From the NCBI GenBank assembly GCA_048939995.1, contig JBHLOY010000002.1:288001-352000 (forward strand): a DNA stretch of 64,000 nucleotides, written 5' to 3'. This stretch comes from Promethearchaeota archaeon (GTDB taxonomy: Archaea > Asgardarchaeota > Lokiarchaeia > Sigyniarchaeales > SOKP01). The notes below the pieces were generated by a model. It was not told the origin of the DNA. It searched no databases and saw nothing but the letters and a program-made list of their open reading frames with translations. The position numbers and the translations under genes were made by a program. Below are positions 58,982 through 64,000 of the stretch, piece after piece. Position 1 is the first letter of the stretch, and every line of letters begins with the position of its first letter.

Positions 58982-60229
58982 TTAAATTTTAATCTTTTTT
59001 TTTTCTTGGGGTTGGTTATTGTCAGAGATTTGATTGAGTGATTTCTTATATATTTGGATTTGTTGGTACAATTTTTCACAAAAATCTTCAAATTCCATTG
59101 GATCAAAGCTAGAACCAATTTCTCTATGAACTTCTAGCTTTCTCAAATCATCCCAACTTAGCCCAACTCCCAATATGGGAATAATTGTCAGCCCCGTATC
59201 TCGAGCAATATTTAATTCAGTAGCGCAATCAACTGATGTTAATGACTTTTCAGTAGAAATGAAAAGTAGTAATTGACAACGGGGCACCGTTTTTTGCATC
59301 CAAGCATCAATATTTCCAGTTAAATCAGCTTCGCAATAATAGACATAGCGTATTCCTTTTTGGTTCTCTAAGAAATGGGCAATTTCATTAATCCTATATC
59401 TATTATAATCCTCAACCGCGTGAGTAATAAAGATACGAATCCCTCGCTTGAAAGTTGTCCCTAATTCTATAAATCGACTTGCAATTACAACTCCAATTAA
59501 AGAAGTTAAAAGCGCTATGAAAGAATAAATATCTATCTGAGCTACGATGTAGAAAATGAAAGTGAATATCCATCTCACAAAAAAAGCTCCGAAAAACATA
59601 ATTCCGCTTAAAGTAAAATAAATCGTTCTTATTCTTTGTCCAAAAAATATCAAATAACTAGCTGAAATCGTAGCTAAAAGAAAAGTTGAATAAAGAAACA
59701 GGAGGTAAAATGTTGCGTTATATGACAATGTAATATGAATAACTAAATTAAATAACCTGTCTACCAAATACAAAATTGCGAACGCGATCATATAATTTCC
59801 ATAATATTTTCTGTTACTAAATCCAAACAGCACAAAGGTAAAAATTAAAAGAAAGACAGCGCCATCGGAAATGGTTAGCATTAGCCAATATAAGTTTGGA
59901 AAAGTATTTATTATGAAATTTAGGAAGAAAAAATCAAGGCTATATCCTAATAACATATTAATAAAAGTATATCCCACTTGAGTTATCATAAAATACACGT
60001 AAGGTATAACCGGAATAATCTTTATCAGCTTTAATTGTTTGAATTCTCTTTTATCCGTCTCTAAATCTTTACTTCCTATTACCAAAAGAGATAAATAAAT
60101 TAAATTTAGAGAGTAATCTAGATACAAATTAACAGCAAAAAAGTAAATCAGAACATGTAAAGGAAGGATAAAATTAATTAAAACAACCAAACCAATCTTA
60201 TATTTTGTTTGCATATATAACACTCTCAT
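58982..60229 (-). CDS. Multi-pass membrane protein with C-terminal TIR domain
   Basis: About 7-8 TM helices, then RIFITHAVED, CQLLLFISTEKSLTSVDCATEL (catalytic Glu position) and IIPIL. Confidence 0.85.
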   Translation of the reverse strand: MRVLYMQTKYKIGLVVLINFILPLHVLIYFFAVNLYLDYSLNLIYLSLLVIGSKDLETDKREFKQLKLIKIIPVIPYVYFMITQVGYTFINMLLGYSLDFFFLNFIINTFPNLYWLMLTISDGAVFLLIFTFVLFGFSNRKYYGNYMIAFAILYLVDRLFNLVIHITLSYNATFYLLFLYSTFLLATISASYLIFFGQRIRTIYFTLSGIMFFGAFFVRWIFTFIFYIVAQIDIYSFIALLTSLIGVVIASRFIELGTTFKRGIRIFITHAVEDYNRYRINEIAHFLENQKGIRYVYYCEADLTGNIDAWMQKTVPRCQLLLFISTEKSLTSVDCATELNIARDTGLTIIPILGVGLSWDDLRKLEVHREIGSSFDPMEFEDFCEKLYQQIQIYKKSLNQISDNNQPQEKKKIKI

Positions 60230-60435
60230 TAAAGCCCATTATTACCTAATGATATCTTATATCCCAATTGAAGAAAAAAATATTATAATCGTATTATGTT
60301 AAATTAATATATAAAGGCTTTCCTAGTTTTAACCAGAGCCATATATTCGGTGATATTTGAAGAAATCCACTCCTTCAAATGATAAAAGATTCAGCAAATA
60401 ATTTCTGAGTATTACGAATTTGTTACCCAAATAAA

Positions 60436-60650
60436 TTATCTCCAATCTTTAGCCTTTTCATCAATACTATTAATAAAATTATCCTTTCCCTTTATATAGC
60501 CATCAATATTCTTTGGGCATTCTCGCGCGAGTCTTTCTTTTAGTTGGCTATATTTTTGTGCTTCTTTAGGAGGAGCTATAATTTCTAAAATTTAGTAGAC
60601 GTTTTATTTCAGAATTCTCTATTTCAAAGATAATGCCCAAATGATATAAA
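60436..60650 (-). pseudogene. GrpB-family C-terminal remnant
   Basis: Minus strand reads ...IFEIENSEIKRLLNFRNY / (frameshift) PPKEAQKYSQLKERLARECPKNIDGYIKGKDNFINSIDEKAKDWR*, matching the GrpB pattern FRDYL..HP..A..Y..LK..LA......Y..GK..FI. Confidence 0.65.
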
Positions 60651-60693
60651 GTTCCTGGTACTGATTTATACTATTTTACCTTAAAATTATGTA

Positions 60694-63588
60694 TTAAGAA
60701 ATCTTTTCTAAATTTTCCTTTTTCTTATTTCTAAATTTCTCAACATTCGCTATTTCTTCTTCATTTTCAAATTCTGCTAAAAATTGGGATATTTCCTCAC
60801 ATTTTCCGTATATTTGGGCAGCAGTTTCAAAGAAATCATTATTTGATAATGAATCAGCTTCATGTTCTAAATTTGATCTATAATTTTCAATATCTTTTAT
60901 TTTGAATTGATTCATTTGGAAATATTGAATTAATTCTGATTTGTACATGTTTATAGCGTCAAAATCTCTTAATTTTCTAGAAATCTCGATAATGTCACAA
61001 AATGATTCAAAAATTTTTACGGAATCTTCATTAATTTTTTCCTTTTCCAAAAGTTCTAATCGTTTTTCACGCTCTTCAATTAGACCTTCGATCCCTTCAA
61101 TTAAATCTGAAATTAGTGCTACTTCTTCAATTTTACTTTGCTTTGAGAGAATTTCCTTCGCATTTTGAAACTGCTTGATTGCCTCTAAATAAGCCCCCTC
61201 ATTGAATAATTCTTCTCCTAAACTTTTAATCTCATCAATATTAACCTCTAAATCCACTTTATCAAATAATTCTTCACTATAAGGTTGAATTTGCTCTTTT
61301 TGATAAGGTGGAGATTTTTGTGGTAATAATTTATCAATGTGAGCTAAGATTAATTTAAGAGGCACTTTTTTCCGTGGTGGATTAATTTTCTTATGTGTTT
61401 TTTTCCTCACTATTGTAATAGCAGTGATAGAAACTGCCACACTTATTAGAATCACGGCAAAAATTAGAGTGATTAAAAGATCAGTACTATTAGGATTTGA
61501 ATTAAATGTAAAGGTACCTATTGTATAACTACTTTCATGTCCCGCTCCATCTACTTGAGATAAAAAATAATAATACTTACCTGAAAGAAGAGTCTCGTTA
61601 AGTTCGAAATAACTGCTCTCAGATCCTGTGTTGGTTATATTAAACTTATAAACATAACCAGGGGTTATTGATGGGTCAGTCTCATTATCAATGATTAATA
61701 TATAATAAGAAATACCCGAAGGATCAGAACCCTCCAGCCAATTGAATATTAAATTGCCACTAACCGCCCCACTGGGGGCATTAGTTAAGATAGGTGGAGA
61801 GGGTGTAATCGTGTCAACAACTGTAATGTTATTAAGAATCATCTTCCAATTTCCATTATTGTCTTTCATATGAATTTTATATTGATATAAAGTCCAATCT
61901 TCCGGTGTCCATGAATCATATTGCCAAATATTATCTCCAATATTGGTCATTGAATGATTTAAATCTTCAAATTCGATCTTAACCTCAAGAATCCCTGATG
62001 GATCGGACACATTTATCTGAATAACTTCTGTTTCACCCAGTTCTAACGGATCTGAATTTTCTATAAGATTTGAATAAGTTGGTGGAGTAGTATCTATTAC
62101 TTCAATAGTACCTGTAGTAGAATTCCAATTATTAAAATAATCTTCCATCCATATCGTATAATTATGATTACCTACACTAATAGGTTGCCAAGAGTCATAT
62201 TGCCAAGTATCACCACCAATATTGATCATGGTATGATTTCTGATTACATGATCAGAGTCTTCATATTCGATTAATGTTTGCTTAATTCCTTCTGGATCGG
62301 AAACATTTATTGTAATAAGCTCAATCTCGCCTAATTCTAATGGATCTAAACTTTCTATTAGATTGGAATAAGTAGGGGGGAAAATATCGAACTCTTCTTC
62401 TCCAATAGAATAAAAGGAATTTGGAGCATATTGATTATTATATTCTGTTTCAAACCAACCGGGTGAACGAACACTTGAAGTGATTCTAAATTCCTCAATT
62501 ATTGCGTTAATAACATCAGTGTAATCTAAGTCAGTACCGATTGTATAAGCTGTCCACGAAGAAGAATTCCCTAAAGCTTCGACATCATATTGATCTATAT
62601 TTAATGTTCCGTTAAGATAAGCTCTTTTACGCCCAACTGATCCACCTTCCCACGTCATAACTAAATGATAAAATTGATCCTTCCATGCATCGAAGGAACA
62701 CTTTATATCAGAAGTATCTCCAAGATGGTTTTTAATTCGAGTTATAATCCTGTTACTCCCATTTAAAATTATATCAGGCCTGGCACCAGTTGCGGTAAAA
62801 TATCTTTGATAAACATAATATAATTGGGGTCTAAACCACATTTCAAGAGAGAGGCTATTTGTCGGATTAGAAAAACCTGAAGTCATTTCAAGATATTCCG
62901 AACTGGGATACTCTCCCGAATCGAACTTTATAGCTTTACCGATAACTCCATCTACAAGATCTCCAGAATTGAATCCTGAACCTGGAGTTAAGTCATAACT
63001 ATTAGCTGTGCTATCCAGAACAGAGGATGAGCTTGGGTCTTGATTCATATGATAAACCGCATAATAATTGCTATCCCACACACCCTCAGGATTTTGTCTC
63101 GAATCCATTGTCGAATTACCATAATACATTCTAAGAATAGTATCATTAGTGATTGATAATTTTGGAATTCGAACCCAAGCCACCAATTTAGCATGCGTGC
63201 TATTATAAGTCTTTTCAAATAGTTCAATTTCATGGTTTAACCACACAGTATTGTTAGCAAATACTATATCGTTCCCGTTTGATTGAACATCATCATGTAA
63301 ATCGGTATCAAAAATCGAAATTAGCATGGGGAAATTCTTATGATCCCCCATTCCATTAACCTGGTTATGGTCAATTAGTATCTCCTTATAATATTTGAAG
63401 TAGTGCTTATTAGGAAGAGTGCTTGAAGACGTTTGAATTAAGGATTTTGGAATTCCTAGTGAATTTTCATAATCATTTTCCTTAATAGCGCCAATTGGAA
63501 GTAAAACAATAGTTAGAAGGTTAACAATGAAAATAAAAAACACTAAATAGCATTGCTTATTTCGCTTATAATATCGTTTTCTAATCAT
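60694..63588 (-). CDS. Single-pass surface protein: DUF2341 + LamG-like + Ig-like repeats + TM + cytoplasmic TPR-like helical domain
   Basis: Signal/TM; NFPMLISI..NGNDIVF..LNHEIE..AWVRIP..MYYGN (DUF2341); LSLEMW..YLNG..IG..IEEFRI (LamG); two Ig-like repeats; TM near residue 705-730; helical cytoplasmic tail. Confidence 0.85.
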   Translation of the reverse strand: MIRKRYYKRNKQCYLVFFIFIVNLLTIVLLPIGAIKENDYENSLGIPKSLIQTSSSTLPNKHYFKYYKEILIDHNQVNGMGDHKNFPMLISIFDTDLHDDVQSNGNDIVFANNTVWLNHEIELFEKTYNSTHAKLVAWVRIPKLSITNDTILRMYYGNSTMDSRQNPEGVWDSNYYAVYHMNQDPSSSSVLDSTANSYDLTPGSGFNSGDLVDGVIGKAIKFDSGEYPSSEYLEMTSGFSNPTNSLSLEMWFRPQLYYVYQRYFTATGARPDIILNGSNRIITRIKNHLGDTSDIKCSFDAWKDQFYHLVMTWEGGSVGRKRAYLNGTLNIDQYDVEALGNSSSWTAYTIGTDLDYTDVINAIIEEFRITSSVRSPGWFETEYNNQYAPNSFYSIGEEEFDIFPPTYSNLIESLDPLELGEIELITINVSDPEGIKQTLIEYEDSDHVIRNHTMINIGGDTWQYDSWQPISVGNHNYTIWMEDYFNNWNSTTGTIEVIDTTPPTYSNLIENSDPLELGETEVIQINVSDPSGILEVKIEFEDLNHSMTNIGDNIWQYDSWTPEDWTLYQYKIHMKDNNGNWKMILNNITVVDTITPSPPILTNAPSGAVSGNLIFNWLEGSDPSGISYYILIIDNETDPSITPGYVYKFNITNTGSESSYFELNETLLSGKYYYFLSQVDGAGHESSYTIGTFTFNSNPNSTDLLITLIFAVILISVAVSITAITIVRKKTHKKINPPRKKVPLKLILAHIDKLLPQKSPPYQKEQIQPYSEELFDKVDLEVNIDEIKSLGEELFNEGAYLEAIKQFQNAKEILSKQSKIEEVALISDLIEGIEGLIEEREKRLELLEKEKINEDSVKIFESFCDIIEISRKLRDFDAINMYKSELIQYFQMNQFKIKDIENYRSNLEHEADSLSNNDFFETAAQIYGKCEEISQFLAEFENEEEIANVEKFRNKKKENLEKIS
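61805..62380 (-). repeat. Internal tandem duplication of an Ig-like domain (~95 aa x2)
   Basis: PPTYSNLIESLDPLELGEIELITINVSDPEG...NIGGDTWQYDSW versus PPTYSNLIENSDPLELGETEVIQINVSDPSG...NIGDNIWQYDSW. Confidence 0.85.
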
Positions 63589-64000
63589 GCTTCATTAATC
63601 TCATTAAATTTAGTTGAATAAAAATTAAACTTATAAAGCAAGCTTCATCAAATTCTTCGACAAAATGGTATAATATACTCTTATTCAACTAATACATGAA
63701 TGTCCTTTTATATAAATTTATCTCAAGTATAGGGAGAACAGTTTAAATTACTTACGTACTTAAATCTAATTTAATTATTTGCAAGGGAAAAAAAAAGAGA
63801 AAAGTGCTCAATAGGTCATCAGGTTGTGCTGAAAAGGTAATTGATCTATACTCTTACATTCTTAGAAGAGATAAATAAAAAAAAAGTTTAAATTCCACTT
63901 TACTAAAAATAGAGCGTCTTTTTTTCATGATGAGCCTGACGTCTTTGAAGACATTAAATCAACCAAGGATTCAGATGATATTACAGAATCACATTTTGAA

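Noticed and set aside
1679-63233. Numerous 60-150 aa ORFs nested in or antisense to long genes (e.g. 13042-13485, 19005-19337, 33152-33424, 57421-57897)
   Set aside because: Shadow frames of well-supported genes with no recognisable motifs.
63875-64000. Open + strand frame running off the window end
   Set aside because: No standard start codon and too short to assess.
1-64000. Mobile elements or prophage
   Set aside because: No transposase, integrase or viral hallmark gene was recognised, and no att-like duplication of the tRNA 3' end was noticed.

Overview
Very AT-rich (roughly 30% GC by eye), gene-dense archaeal chromosomal segment. Gene content and style point to Asgard archaea, most likely Lokiarchaeia/Promethearchaeota (inference): a stand-alone Rag/Arf-like small GTPase, a longin-like domain, beta-helix and DUF2341 surface proteins, GGTGA/GAGGTG ribosome-binding sites and a BHB-type tRNA intron. 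Main blocks: (1) 1-4.1 kb, a possible operon ending in a DHDPS-family aldolase fused to formaldehyde-activating enzyme (Fae). (2) 11.5-24.7 kb, two convergent electron-bifurcation clusters, hdrD plus a giant hdrA/GltD/mvhD fusion facing hdrCBA-flxDCBA. (3) 26.7-33.7 kb, a GNAT-ThiF-GNAT cassette with a 7TM protein and a PAS histidine kinase. (4) 35.9-48 kb, a cysteine/sulfur neighbourhood (PLP C-S lyase-like, cysE, cysK, tRNA-Cys with a T-loop intron, cysS, thiouridylase, two Cys-tailed Lrp regulators). Embedded in it is the best candidate for a new system: a co-oriented module of ArsR, a Rag-like GTPase, a MASE3/PAS histidine kinase and a response regulator whose output domain looks like a folliculin/SMCR8-type longin carrying a putative GAP arginine finger. 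(5) 48-64 kb, an accessory region with a membrane-anchored C13 (legumain/Gpi8-like) peptidase, a multi-TM TIR protein and a large single-pass receptor-like protein. No CRISPR array, rRNA or transposase was recognised. All family calls are from motif recognition, not database searches.
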